64,000 nt of DNA. Origin: Alphaproteobacteria bacterium (GTDB lineage: Bacteria; Pseudomonadota; Alphaproteobacteria; RF32; CAG-239). The position numbers and the translations under genes were made by a program. The notes below the pieces were generated by a model, which did not search any database, had not been told where the DNA came from, and saw only the letters and a list, made by a program, of their open reading frames with translations. The DNA lies in NCBI GenBank assembly GCA_016288295.1, contig JAEEYV010000046.1, positions 688 through 64,687 of the forward strand, written 5' to 3'. Of this stretch, positions 1 to 8,947 are shown piece after piece (position 1 is the stretch's first letter; each line of letters starts with the position of its first letter).

Positions 1-231
1 TAAAACCTCCTTGCATATCTCGGCAGGAAGCTCAAAAACCTTGGCCTCGGCCTTGGCATACAGGCAATAGCCCGCACTAATGTATGCAAGTAGTTTTTTC
101 TTAGCCTTATCCGGAGACAAATTAAACCATGAGAGTTGCTCTTTTTCTAATGCATGTTTCATAATTCAAATAGATAATAGTAATTAATAATGTTAATCAA
201 TGGCGCATCGTACTACCAATTAGTGATTATG

Positions 232-1194
232 TCAATTTATTTTTGTCAATTTTTCTAAAAACTCCCTTAAAGCACCTTCGTCTTTCCATCGTATTTCGAT
301 TTCCAGCACCTTAAAATTCGGCTTCAGCTTGTTAGGGATTTTTACAAAATCTTTAGCGGTGGTAACCAAGTCGGCACCAAGTTTTTTTGCCAACGCAATC
401 AAATCTTCCAACTCTTTAGGCGTATAATAGTGATGATCCGGAAAATCAAAAGTCTGCACCACATTAGCCCCGCACTCTCTCAACGAATTATAAAACTTCT
501 CCGGTCGCCCGATGCCGGCAAATGCAATAACTTTTGACCTCAAATCCGGCAAGGGCAGGGAACAAATTTGCCCCTCAAACACCGGCATTCTGCCCAATTT
601 TTCACGCAATCCGCATTTGTCCTCGCCAATAATAATTGCCGCATCGGCACGTTTTATTCCACTTTTAAAAAACTCACGTAACGGACCTGCCGGCACCGGC
701 AATCCGTTGCCGGTACCCACGCCGCCGTCAAACACCAAAAACGATAAATCTTTGTACAACGTCGGGTTTTGAAAACCGTCATCCATAACAATAACTTCCG
801 CCCCGTTGCTGATTGCCTTTTTGGCCGCTTCGGCACGATCAGCGTTGATAGAAACTTTTGCCTCCCTTGCCAACAACAAAGGCTCGTCCCCGACTTGTTG
901 CGGAGTATGTTTTTGCACGTCAACCATTACGCCGGACAATGTTCCGCCATATCCTCGTGATACAAAAAACGGCTCTTTTCCCAAAGATTTTATGATTTTT
1001 GCAATTGAAACCGCAGTCGGAGTTTTTCCGGTTCCGCCGGCTGTCAAATTGCCGATACAAATCACCGGCACATTGACCTTTGTCGGCTTTTTGAGTTTAA
1101 GTCTCAACGTGGTCATACCGGCATAAACACACCCCAAAGGCCACAAAGCCAATGCGCATAAGTTTTTATTTTTCCAATGTGAGGGCGTTCTCAT
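232..1194 (-). CDS. lpxK: tetraacyldisaccharide 4'-kinase (lipid A biosynthesis)
   Basis: 320 aa; P-loop ICIGNLTAGGTGKTP typical of LpxK; overlaps waaA stop by 4 nt (operon). Confidence 0.85.
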   Translation of the reverse strand: MRTPSHWKNKNLCALALWPLGCVYAGMTTLRLKLKKPTKVNVPVICIGNLTAGGTGKTPTAVSIAKIIKSLGKEPFFVSRGYGGTLSGVMVDVQKHTPQQVGDEPLLLAREAKVSINADRAEAAKKAISNGAEVIVMDDGFQNPTLYKDLSFLVFDGGVGTGNGLPVPAGPLREFFKSGIKRADAAIIIGEDKCGLREKLGRMPVFEGQICSLPLPDLRSKVIAFAGIGRPEKFYNSLRECGANVVQTFDFPDHHYYTPKELEDLIALAKKLGADLVTTAKDFVKIPNKLKPNFKVLEIEIRWKDEGALREFLEKLTKIN

Positions 1195-2459
1195 TCCGGC
1201 AAATAACTCCGTACCTTGTCCATAATACCGTCCAAAACTTTGGCCTCGGACATTGCCCAGTTATAGGCCAAACTGCGCTTGGCCTCCAACAGCTCCTTAT
1301 TGCTGAGCAATTGTCGTACATTATCGGTCAAATCCAACACATCATTAACCTGAATAACCGCATCAGCTTTTTTGGCACGATTGATTGCATCGGTAAAGTT
1401 ATGCATATGCGGACCGACAATCACCGCATCACGGCAGCGCGACGGTTCCATAAAGTTTTGCCCTCCGTGCGGAATAAGCGATCCGCCGATAAACACCAAC
1501 GGGCAGATGCCATACCAAATACCCAATTCTCCGATTGTATCGGCAATATAAACATCAGTATAAGGTCTTATTGGTTCTTCTTTTGAACGCAAAGAAGTTT
1601 TGAGCCCTAATTCTTTTGATAAACGCTCCTGAATTTCAACACCACGGTGCGGGTGGCGCGGGGCAATAATCAACAGCAAATCTGGAAAGTCTTTTTTTAA
1701 CTCATTATGAAATTTGCTGATTTTGAACTCCTCATCATCGTGAGTGGAGCTGGCCAACCAAACCGTACGCCCGTTAATCTGCTTTTCAATCTCGGCTTTT
1801 TTCTCCTCATCAACCGGTAATGGCAGACCGGCATATTTCACATTGCCCAGACAAATCGCTTCCTTTGCCCCCAACACGCGCAGGCGATAAGCATCTTCGT
1901 CAGACTGCCCCAAACAAAACGTAAAGCATGACAACAACTCTTTGCATATAAAATCAAACTGCTGCCAACGTTTGAACGATTTGTTTGAAATACGACCGTT
2001 GACCAAAATCAGCGGAATATTTTTGCGCTTGATTGAAGATAACATTGCCGGCCAAAAATCTGATTCGAACCACAAAATTGCATCAGGGTGCCAATGCTTT
2101 ACAAAACGCGTGGTAAATACCGGATTATCAATCGGGATATATTGGTGAAAAGCCCTTTCCGGCAGGCGTTTGTCCATCAATTCGGCAGAGGTCAGCGTGC
2201 CTGTTGTTACCATAACATGCGAGTCCGGATAAGTATCTAACACACGGTTAATCAACGGCAACATAGAAAGAGATTCGCCGACCGAAGCCCCATGAAACCA
2301 AAACAACTTTCCCTCTGGGCGTTCTTTTATCGGGCGACCGATTCTTTCATTAAAACGCTTCAAATCTTCTTTGCCACGCTCTTTGCGCTTTTTAATATAG
2401 CGACTGATAACAATCGGATACATAATCCTGATTAATGTGTTGTAGACTTTAATAAACAT
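1191..2459 (-). CDS. waaA: 3-deoxy-D-manno-octulosonic acid (Kdo) transferase
   Basis: 422 aa; KdtA/WaaA-type motifs (FWFHGASVGE, glycosyltransferase GT30 fold length); adjacent to lpxK as in many alphaproteobacteria. Confidence 0.85.
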   Translation of the reverse strand: MFIKVYNTLIRIMYPIVISRYIKKRKERGKEDLKRFNERIGRPIKERPEGKLFWFHGASVGESLSMLPLINRVLDTYPDSHVMVTTGTLTSAELMDKRLPERAFHQYIPIDNPVFTTRFVKHWHPDAILWFESDFWPAMLSSIKRKNIPLILVNGRISNKSFKRWQQFDFICKELLSCFTFCLGQSDEDAYRLRVLGAKEAICLGNVKYAGLPLPVDEEKKAEIEKQINGRTVWLASSTHDDEEFKISKFHNELKKDFPDLLLIIAPRHPHRGVEIQERLSKELGLKTSLRSKEEPIRPYTDVYIADTIGELGIWYGICPLVFIGGSLIPHGGQNFMEPSRCRDAVIVGPHMHNFTDAINRAKKADAVIQVNDVLDLTDNVRQLLSNKELLEAKRSLAYNWAMSEAKVLDGIMDKVRSYLPE

Positions 2460-3256
2460 TATTTTTGTTCCTTACGTTTTTTTGTTTTTGCGGTAACGCC
2501 TGGCTCAATTTTTGGTAGTTTAAGAACTTGATCTGCTCGCAATGTCAGTCCGTTCAATTCGTTTTCAATTTCTTGACGGTATTTTTCCAAATCCTCATCA
2601 GTTGCATCTGCCGGAATATAATATGGTTTTGTAACATGCACAATTCCGCGACAAAATGGCAATGGAATAAGCATTGCATCCCAACTTTTTGCAACAATAG
2701 AATGTTCAATAGAATATGTTGCTCCAAATAAGGGTTTTCCTGACTTTTTTGCAAAATATAGCGGACTCATATTCATTTTCATTCTTGGACCTCTCGGACC
2801 GTCGGGAATAATTGCTATGGCTTGATTTTTTTCCAAAGAGCGCAAAAGATTTATAGCTGCGGCGTTGGCGCCCTCGTTGGTAGAGCCGTCAATAATACCG
2901 AAACCGACTTTTTTCAAAAACGATGCGGCAATTCTCCCATCGTTATGCGGCGAAACCAGGGCATTGAGCGGTCTTTTTTTGTTCCAAAAATACGGAATCA
3001 TCAACACACGCCCATGCCAGATAGTAAGTATAAGAGATTTTTCTTTTTCCCATACTGGATAAAAACGATTTACGCCGAATATTTCCCAATGTGTGGTTTT
3101 CCACACCATTAAGCAATAATAATACATTGCTTTTCCGACAAAGGTGGTAAAAGCTTCAGATTTTGTTATATTTTTGATTAAATGTTTGATATTTTTGCGA
3201 ATTGTTTTAGCTATTTCAATAGCTTTTGTGCAAAAAATTTTAATCTCTTTTTTCAT
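2459..3256 (-). CDS. DUF374-type lysophospholipid acyltransferase-like protein
   Basis: 265 aa; WHG and PDGPRGP motifs of LPLAT/DUF374 proteins that commonly sit upstream of waaA. Confidence 0.6.
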   Translation of the reverse strand: MKKEIKIFCTKAIEIAKTIRKNIKHLIKNITKSEAFTTFVGKAMYYYCLMVWKTTHWEIFGVNRFYPVWEKEKSLILTIWHGRVLMIPYFWNKKRPLNALVSPHNDGRIAASFLKKVGFGIIDGSTNEGANAAAINLLRSLEKNQAIAIIPDGPRGPRMKMNMSPLYFAKKSGKPLFGATYSIEHSIVAKSWDAMLIPLPFCRGIVHVTKPYYIPADATDEDLEKYRQEIENELNGLTLRADQVLKLPKIEPGVTAKTKKRKEQK

Positions 3257-3407
3257 CGATATCTCTATAAAAAATATATATCATCACCCTTAATAGTCAT
3301 AGCTATATCACACTTTTTACAAAAACTAAAGTATTTTAATACTTATCAATATTTTTTTTGCTTGACAGTAAAAATGTTGTCATATATAAAACCTATCCAG
3401 ACAGATT

Positions 3408-3483
3408 GCCGACATAGCTCAGTTGGTAGAGCTACTGATTTGTAATCAGTGGGTCCGCGGTTCGAGTCCGTGTGTCGGCACCA
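3408..3483 (+). tRNA. tRNA-Thr (anticodon TGT)
   Basis: Cloverleaf read by hand: acceptor GCCGACA/TGTCGGC, D-arm GCTCAGTTGGTAGAGC, anticodon stem ACTGA/TCAGT with loop TTTGTAA, T-arm CGCGG-TTCGAGT-CCGTG, encoded CCA. Confidence 0.85.
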
Positions 3484-3487
3484 TTAA

Positions 3488-3515
3488 AAAACCTCCCTGA
3501 ATGGGAGGTTTTTTA
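3488..3515 (+). terminator. rho-independent terminator after tRNA-Thr
   Basis: Hairpin cctccc-tgaa-tgggagg followed by T-run. Confidence 0.7.
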
Positions 3516-3650
3516 ATGGTTGTGATATAAAAACTTCTCGAACCGCGGAAATAGTGGTTTGGGTTCAAGCGAAAGGCAGGCGGGAGCATGCCGGTCGATT
3601 TTTAGTCGATGAGCGCAGTAGAACGAGCATTGCGAAGCAATGTCGAGGAC

Positions 3651-3667
3651 AGTCCGTGTGTCGGCAC
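3651..3667 (+). repeat. 17-bp direct repeat of tRNA-Thr 3' end (att-like)
   Basis: agtccgtgtgtcggcac identical to tRNA positions 3465-3481; lies in GC-rich degenerate repeat. Confidence 0.7.
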
Positions 3668-3724
3668 GCCAACATAAATCCCTTTTTCTAAATTTTTAGA
3701 GTAACCCCATAATAAAAACAAAAT

Positions 3725-3975
3725 GTCATCTCTCGTTTTCGTTAGAAAACGTCCAGTGATCTACAACTTTTTTTAAAAATATTGAAGCAGTGCAAAGCAC
3801 TGAAGCCGAGATTCCTTGACGCACGGACGCGCCGCGCCATGCGAGGAATGACATTTCTAGACAGTCATCCCTCGTTTTGCCTGCAAAATCGTCCAGGGAT
3901 CTTCCTTGTTTTCTTTAAAAAATATTGAAGATGCCTTGACCTCGGACATTAGTCCTCGGAGGCGTGACAAGTTGT
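3725..3975. repeat. two tandem imperfect ~140-bp direct repeats
   Basis: Units beginning gtcatc(t/c)ctcgtttt...gtccag(t/g)gatct...aaaaatattgaag at 3725 and 3864; each with internal cgtttt/aaaacg stem-loop. Confidence 0.55.
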
Positions 3976-3986
3976 TTATTGTCATT

Positions 3987-4024
3987 TAAAAAACAGAAAG
4001 ACGGCACTATGTGTCGTCTTTCTG
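3987..4024 (-). terminator. rho-independent terminator for the 4038-4988 gene (bidirectional-looking)
   Basis: Hairpin cagaaagacg...cgtctttctg flanked by A-run and T-run. Confidence 0.65.
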
Positions 4025-4037
4025 TTTAATGGTGGGC

Positions 4038-4988
4038 TTACCAACCGCAAGATAAAGCTGTCCTTGCCCCGGTTTTATCTTCATATGAATAACGATTACC
4101 AGGGTACTTGTCTAAGAACTCCAGCATCTTTTGCCTGCTAGTTTCAGATAATTTGTAAAAGACCCTAGCCAGCGCACGATCCGGGCAGAACTTCTCCACA
4201 TGCTTGAGAGCTATTTCGTTGACGGTCTCGTTTTCAGGAGAGAACTTTTCAATAAGCTTCTCGAAAACATCATTACCCAAGCTGTGTCCTCTCCCAATAT
4301 GAGTTAACATCAGATCCCGGATGTCAGCTTCCTCAAACTCATCAACAATCATGAGCCAAACGCTGTTAAAAATTGAGCTGTACCAATACTTCATTAATAT
4401 TTCTTTGGCATCGGCGTGTTCAAAGAATTTGACAATGTTTGTTTGGGTTGACTCGTACAGCGTTTGTTGTCCATGAATGTTCTTCAAAATAGCAACTCGG
4501 TCAATCATAAATGAGCTGAAGAGCTTTTTCAAGATTGCTTCAGAAAGTGTGCGATTAGGAACGAGAGCTAACATCCATTCATTAGCCAAAGCGCGGTTCT
4601 TCCAATCCAAGATCTTGTTCCAGATAGTATCATCTACCCGATAGTTGTTACCATACGCCAGGAGAAGATCTTTGATTTCGTCTTCCGGGAAGTTAAACAC
4701 TCGCTCAAGTTTAACATCGGCGTCTTTGAGTGCAACAATGTAGATCCTTTTACGGATTGCCAGCGGGAGCTTGTCTACATCATCCCAGGACATAACTTGC
4801 TTCAGATCATAACTATTATTTGAATTGAATATCGCCTCAATGACGTCGACAACCTTGTCCCGTACAGTAGAATCGTTCGTTTTGAGTAAATCAACGATCA
4901 TGGAAAGTGTCAATTCACTAAGCTTAACACCACCTCTAATGAACTTGAGCATATTGTCAAGTTCGGAGAGAATTTGTTCGTTTGTCAT
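4038..4988 (-). CDS. hypothetical protein (316 aa), no recognisable family
   Basis: Long ORF with own upstream AT-rich region; C-terminal R-x5-H (RDLMLTH) motif noted; no homology recognised. Confidence 0.55.
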   Translation of the reverse strand: MTNEQILSELDNMLKFIRGGVKLSELTLSMIVDLLKTNDSTVRDKVVDVIEAIFNSNNSYDLKQVMSWDDVDKLPLAIRKRIYIVALKDADVKLERVFNFPEDEIKDLLLAYGNNYRVDDTIWNKILDWKNRALANEWMLALVPNRTLSEAILKKLFSSFMIDRVAILKNIHGQQTLYESTQTNIVKFFEHADAKEILMKYWYSSIFNSVWLMIVDEFEEADIRDLMLTHIGRGHSLGNDVFEKLIEKFSPENETVNEIALKHVEKFCPDRALARVFYKLSETSRQKMLEFLDKYPGNRYSYEDKTGARTALSCGW

Positions 4989-5101
4989 ATTAAAATGGTT
5001 TAATAATTTATATGTAATTGAGTTAACAAGCGCATACTAGCATATTATTTGTCAAGTGTCAATAGTTTTTGTCGAATCACTTTGTGCAAGTTCTTAAATA
5101 T

Positions 5102-5138
5102 AAACAAACGCTCGCCGGGTTAGGGCGAGCGTTTGTTT
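5102..5138 (-). terminator. rho-independent terminator after the 5149-5601 gene
   Basis: Hairpin aaacaaacgctcgcc...ggcgagcgtttgttt. Confidence 0.6.
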
Positions 5139-5148
5139 ATATGTACCG

Positions 5149-5601
5149 TCAGCGCTTGAACCGTTTTGGCGGTATCACATAATACGGCGTGGGCTTCGTC
5201 GCGCCGTTCAAAGCGGCATCATTAGCGGCTCGGAGTGCAGGATTGAGAAAATTCGGTAGATTGCCACTCCATTGGTCATCAGCGAAATTAGCAATCTGCT
5301 TCGCTTCTACATATTCCCAGCCTTTGGTAACTTTGGTGATCATGTAGACACTAGCCTCCTTGATTTCCAAGCTTCCGGTGTCGGAACAACGAGCTGTTGC
5401 GTAAATTACGTAATATCCTTCTGCGATTGGAACAATCGCATAATACGGCAACTTATTTTTAGGTGTCATATAAACGGCTTTGGGCTTACTACCATCTGCC
5501 TTGCAAATTACGACAACATCATCCCCTGAAATGTTACGGCATTCTGCTAATGCAGTGAGCCCGCTTCTTGTGATACGTGCACAAAGTTTTGGTGTTTCCA
5601 T
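5149..5601 (-). CDS. hypothetical protein (150 aa)
   Basis: ORF; no homology recognised. Confidence 0.5.
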   Translation of the reverse strand: METPKLCARITRSGLTALAECRNISGDDVVVICKADGSKPKAVYMTPKNKLPYYAIVPIAEGYYVIYATARCSDTGSLEIKEASVYMITKVTKGWEYVEAKQIANFADDQWSGNLPNFLNPALRAANDAALNGATKPTPYYVIPPKRFKR

Positions 5602-5941
5602 AATGTCTAAAATTTGTAAATAATTTGATTAATAGTTGTTTTGTTCTTCACAATATATCATATTTTTTTGGACATTGCAAGCAAAAATTTGTCAATTATT
5701 GTAAAAAATATCCAAAAAGGTAAAACGTATCATTTCTTATTAAGTTCGAAATTTTATTCAATCTCAGTTTCCGCAATAAAAAATATAATATGAAAAAGAG
5801 AGTAAATTTAATCTTGCAATCAAAACTATAAACACACTATAATACACTCAAATTTTAACAAAATCGGAGCAACAGAATGATGAATTTTCTTAATTAAGTG
5901 TACCTAATTTATAATAACAAAAGTAATTATATACAAAAATA

Positions 5942-5970
5942 TAGACATATTCTTCATTTTGTGTTACAAT
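5942..5970 (+). promoter_or_regulatory. sigma70-like promoter for the 611-aa gene
   Basis: -35 TAGACA, 17-bp spacer, extended -10 TGtTACAAT; RBS agagggg before ATG 6002. Confidence 0.5.
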
Positions 5971-6001
5971 CGTCGTTGTACATTTACATAGAGGGGAATT
6001 T

Positions 6002-7837
6002 ATGTTTGATTTTAAGAGTCAAGAATATCAATATAAGCAATATCAGAGATTGTTAGCCAACTGGGACTACATGTTTGCTCAAAGGTGGAAATCTTCTCAT
6101 CGCTACTTTGATGAGCAAGAAATAAAACTTATTGAAGATAGTGAGTTACCAACCTCCTCAATGATTGCAAAAAGGATTTATATAACCTTAAACACAGAAA
6201 AACGTTCAGCAGAATATCTTGAAATGCTTGGAAATTTGTCTTCGAGATCCGCACAAGAACTTGAAGAAGCAGAAAAACTATTGCCTGAGTTTACAAAATT
6301 TATAACCGATAATAATTTAGACGGTGAACAGACATTGAGATTAAAAACAGTTTTTCCGCATATTGTGGGCTGTTTTACCATCTTAAAAAGAGAAGAAAAA
6401 GACTTTCCCTCATTTACTGAATTTTTGATCCCGTTGAATAATATCTTACAAAATCTGGAACAAACACAATATAACAATCAAACACGTACCTTTGCAAACT
6501 ATTTGTTTGATCAGGAAAACATTAAGCCAAACAAAAACATTACGGCTTTCAAATTACAACTATTAAAGCATGCCAGCAAAAAAACAAATAATTGCTCAAT
6601 ATTAAACCATTTGTGCAATGATTTCAGATGTTATTTTAGGGTTTTTCCTGAAACAATCAATTCAGAGTTTTTAAACAATTATATCAATTATATAATTCCA
6701 CGTTTCGTAAAAGGAAATGATATTTTCGGCATACAAAGCAATAAATGGGGATGTGCGCGTGGTAAAGGAATTGCTTGCGGGGTTGGTGCTGCCACTTACG
6801 CTTATAAATGCTATGCAACACGAATTACTCCTTGTGGTATTAATGATTTATTGCAGATGTCTTATGAAGTTTTGGGTGGAAATCTGTCAAAGCATGAAAA
6901 AATCAGAAAAGACGCACTTCTGCTTAATAAATGGTTTCCTCGAGACCCTATACATGACAGCACCCCCGGGGTTAACGAAATCATCAATAAAATGGTTGCA
7001 TATTATGATGCCCCCGAGGATCAGAAAGATGTGGCTTTATCAGAATTAACAAAAGTCGGCCAAAGAATAAATATGTGGAAAACTATTTATGACTTGCCCA
7101 AATATGATGAAATTAGTTCAAGAAGTAATGAAAAACATATAGATATATTACGACGAATAAAAAATAATATGTCACAGAATAATGTAGAAGTTCCTATTAC
7201 CGAAAATGATGAAATTAATTTTTTAGCTCAAAAAGCAAATAAAAAAGATCATCCAACTCTGTCATCAATGCTTCCGCTCATTCAAGCACTTAATCATACA
7301 ATGTTAGAAGCAATTGATAAAAAACAAACCGGTTTTTCACCGGAAATGGTCAACATGATAGCCTGGGCAGATCGACAATTGGCTCAAGCCGTTAACAATA
7401 TGGATTTTGAAAAACAGATGGGCTTTTATAAAGAAAACGATTGTAAATGTGTTTTACTTTTTAGTGAATTGACACACTCTGCAAAAGAAGAATTTAATTG
7501 CCAAGAATTTGATGATTTTTATGAGCATAAAGTCAAACAAGCTTTCGATATGGAACAGGCGTATATAAATATTGCCAATCGTCAAAATCAAAACTTATTA
7601 GGCTTGTATGATCAGTATGACAGATACTGTCACGCCATGGACGATACAGATAATGCAAAGACTATGATATTAGCACGTAAAGAAAGAGCAGGATCAGGAA
7701 ATACACTTAAAGCTCTTCAAAATCTCACTCTATATAAAGAGCCTTCTACAATGGTAGGAAAAAGAGAAAAAGCTGAAAGAGAAAAAAGATTTCCATATAG
7801 AGATTTTTTAATGAGACCTTCTTCCAACCAAAGATAA
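6002..7837 (+). CDS. large hypothetical protein (611 aa), possible secreted effector or papain-like Cys peptidase
   Basis: Isolated by ~400 bp AT-rich spacer and own promoter/terminator; Cys/Gly motif QSNKWGCARGKGIACGVGAATYAYKCY; no family recognised. Confidence 0.6.
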   Translation: MFDFKSQEYQYKQYQRLLANWDYMFAQRWKSSHRYFDEQEIKLIEDSELPTSSMIAKRIYITLNTEKRSAEYLEMLGNLSSRSAQELEEAEKLLPEFTKFITDNNLDGEQTLRLKTVFPHIVGCFTILKREEKDFPSFTEFLIPLNNILQNLEQTQYNNQTRTFANYLFDQENIKPNKNITAFKLQLLKHASKKTNNCSILNHLCNDFRCYFRVFPETINSEFLNNYINYIIPRFVKGNDIFGIQSNKWGCARGKGIACGVGAATYAYKCYATRITPCGINDLLQMSYEVLGGNLSKHEKIRKDALLLNKWFPRDPIHDSTPGVNEIINKMVAYYDAPEDQKDVALSELTKVGQRINMWKTIYDLPKYDEISSRSNEKHIDILRRIKNNMSQNNVEVPITENDEINFLAQKANKKDHPTLSSMLPLIQALNHTMLEAIDKKQTGFSPEMVNMIAWADRQLAQAVNNMDFEKQMGFYKENDCKCVLLFSELTHSAKEEFNCQEFDDFYEHKVKQAFDMEQAYINIANRQNQNLLGLYDQYDRYCHAMDDTDNAKTMILARKERAGSGNTLKALQNLTLYKEPSTMVGKREKAEREKRFPYRDFLMRPSSNQR

Positions 7838-7849
7838 AAAACAAAAAGA

Positions 7850-7878
7850 CCACCGGATTTTACTCCGGTAGCCTTTTT
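7850..7878 (+). terminator. rho-independent terminator
   Basis: Hairpin accggattttactccggt then T-run. Confidence 0.6.
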
Positions 7879-7898
7879 GCAATTAGTGCATAATCGCG

Positions 7899-8333
7899 TT
7901 AGCAATACCCATCGTCGTCGTCCCATGGATCTTCTTTTTTTCCTCTGGGATCACGTAAGCCCATGCCTTCCATTTCCCTAGCAGTATAAATCCGTGGTCT
8001 TGTCCGGCGAGTCTTGGAGTTTTTTATTATTCCTAACCGTGATATAAGCACCCCCAATAAGGCAACCCCGAAAACAAACCACGATGCCGTTGTCGCGGTA
8101 CCAATGAGAGAATAGATAACCTCAATACCAGCAATCCAAATAAAAACCATAGTAACCGAAAGCTTCAACCGCCGCTGATATTTTTGCTTTAATTCCGGAT
8201 CTGTGGTTGAGGCGAATGTTTCTGGATGTTTCTTCCAGAAATAATACAACACACCCAACAGGTAAACCACAAACAGCACAGCCCAAATCACAAGATAAGG
8301 CTTTGCTTCTAAAGTTATTTCTTTCATACGCAA
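7899..8333 (-). CDS. hypothetical membrane protein (144 aa, ~3 TM)
   Basis: Hydrophobic segments; acidic C-terminus. Confidence 0.5.
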   Translation of the reverse strand: MRMKEITLEAKPYLVIWAVLFVVYLLGVLYYFWKKHPETFASTTDPELKQKYQRRLKLSVTMVFIWIAGIEVIYSLIGTATTASWFVFGVALLGVLISRLGIIKNSKTRRTRPRIYTAREMEGMGLRDPRGKKEDPWDDDDGYC

Positions 8334-8475
8334 TAATATTTTAGGTTGTTAATAATTTTTCTACAATAATCGTAACTTTCTAGAACAAACTTAAATAAAA
8401 AATCTGTTGGAGTCAAGTGCTATAGCCAAACAAAAAGCCGAGGATATCCTCGGCTTTTTCTACACAATCAATAAT

Positions 8476-8862
8476 TTAGTATCTGGAAGGAACCATTACG
8501 GTCGGACCATAGTATTTTTGAGCTCTCGGAGCATATCCGTTCATAGGAGCATATCCGTTTACGCTTTGTCTTTCATAAGCAACATTTTGGAAATGTCTCG
8601 GTTCATAAACAGTACCATAGGTAGTACGTTTATAAACAACTTCAACAGGCTCGCGAACAGTACGAATTTCCCCTTGGCAACCGCTAGGAGTATAATTACC
8701 GCAGTTATAAGAAGGTTGAGCAACAGCAACCGGAGCCGGAGCAGGAGCAACAACCTCTTCTTGGCAATCACCTTCCATATCGCAGTCGTAGCCATAAGCA
8801 CAAGCAGAAACTGCTAAAACAGCACCAAACAATACAAACAATTTATTCATTTTCATCCCCAT
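8476..8862 (-). CDS. Cys-rich lipoprotein (128 aa)
   Basis: Signal peptide with lipobox VSAC; PAPAP and NGYAP repeats; 6+ Cys. Confidence 0.5.
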   Translation of the reverse strand: MGMKMNKLFVLFGAVLAVSACAYGYDCDMEGDCQEEVVAPAPAPVAVAQPSYNCGNYTPSGCQGEIRTVREPVEVVYKRTTYGTVYEPRHFQNVAYERQSVNGYAPMNGYAPRAQKYYGPTVMVPSRY

Positions 8863-8947
8863 CTTGTAGTTAATGTTAAGTACAAACTAAAACAACTTTC
8901 TTAATTTAAACTTAACAAAGCACAAAATTTAAATATTTCTCAGGTAT

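Noticed and set aside
3725-3975. Possible CRISPR array
   Set aside because: There are only two long (~140 bp) imperfect units, with no short regular repeat-spacer periodicity. No cas genes are in the window.
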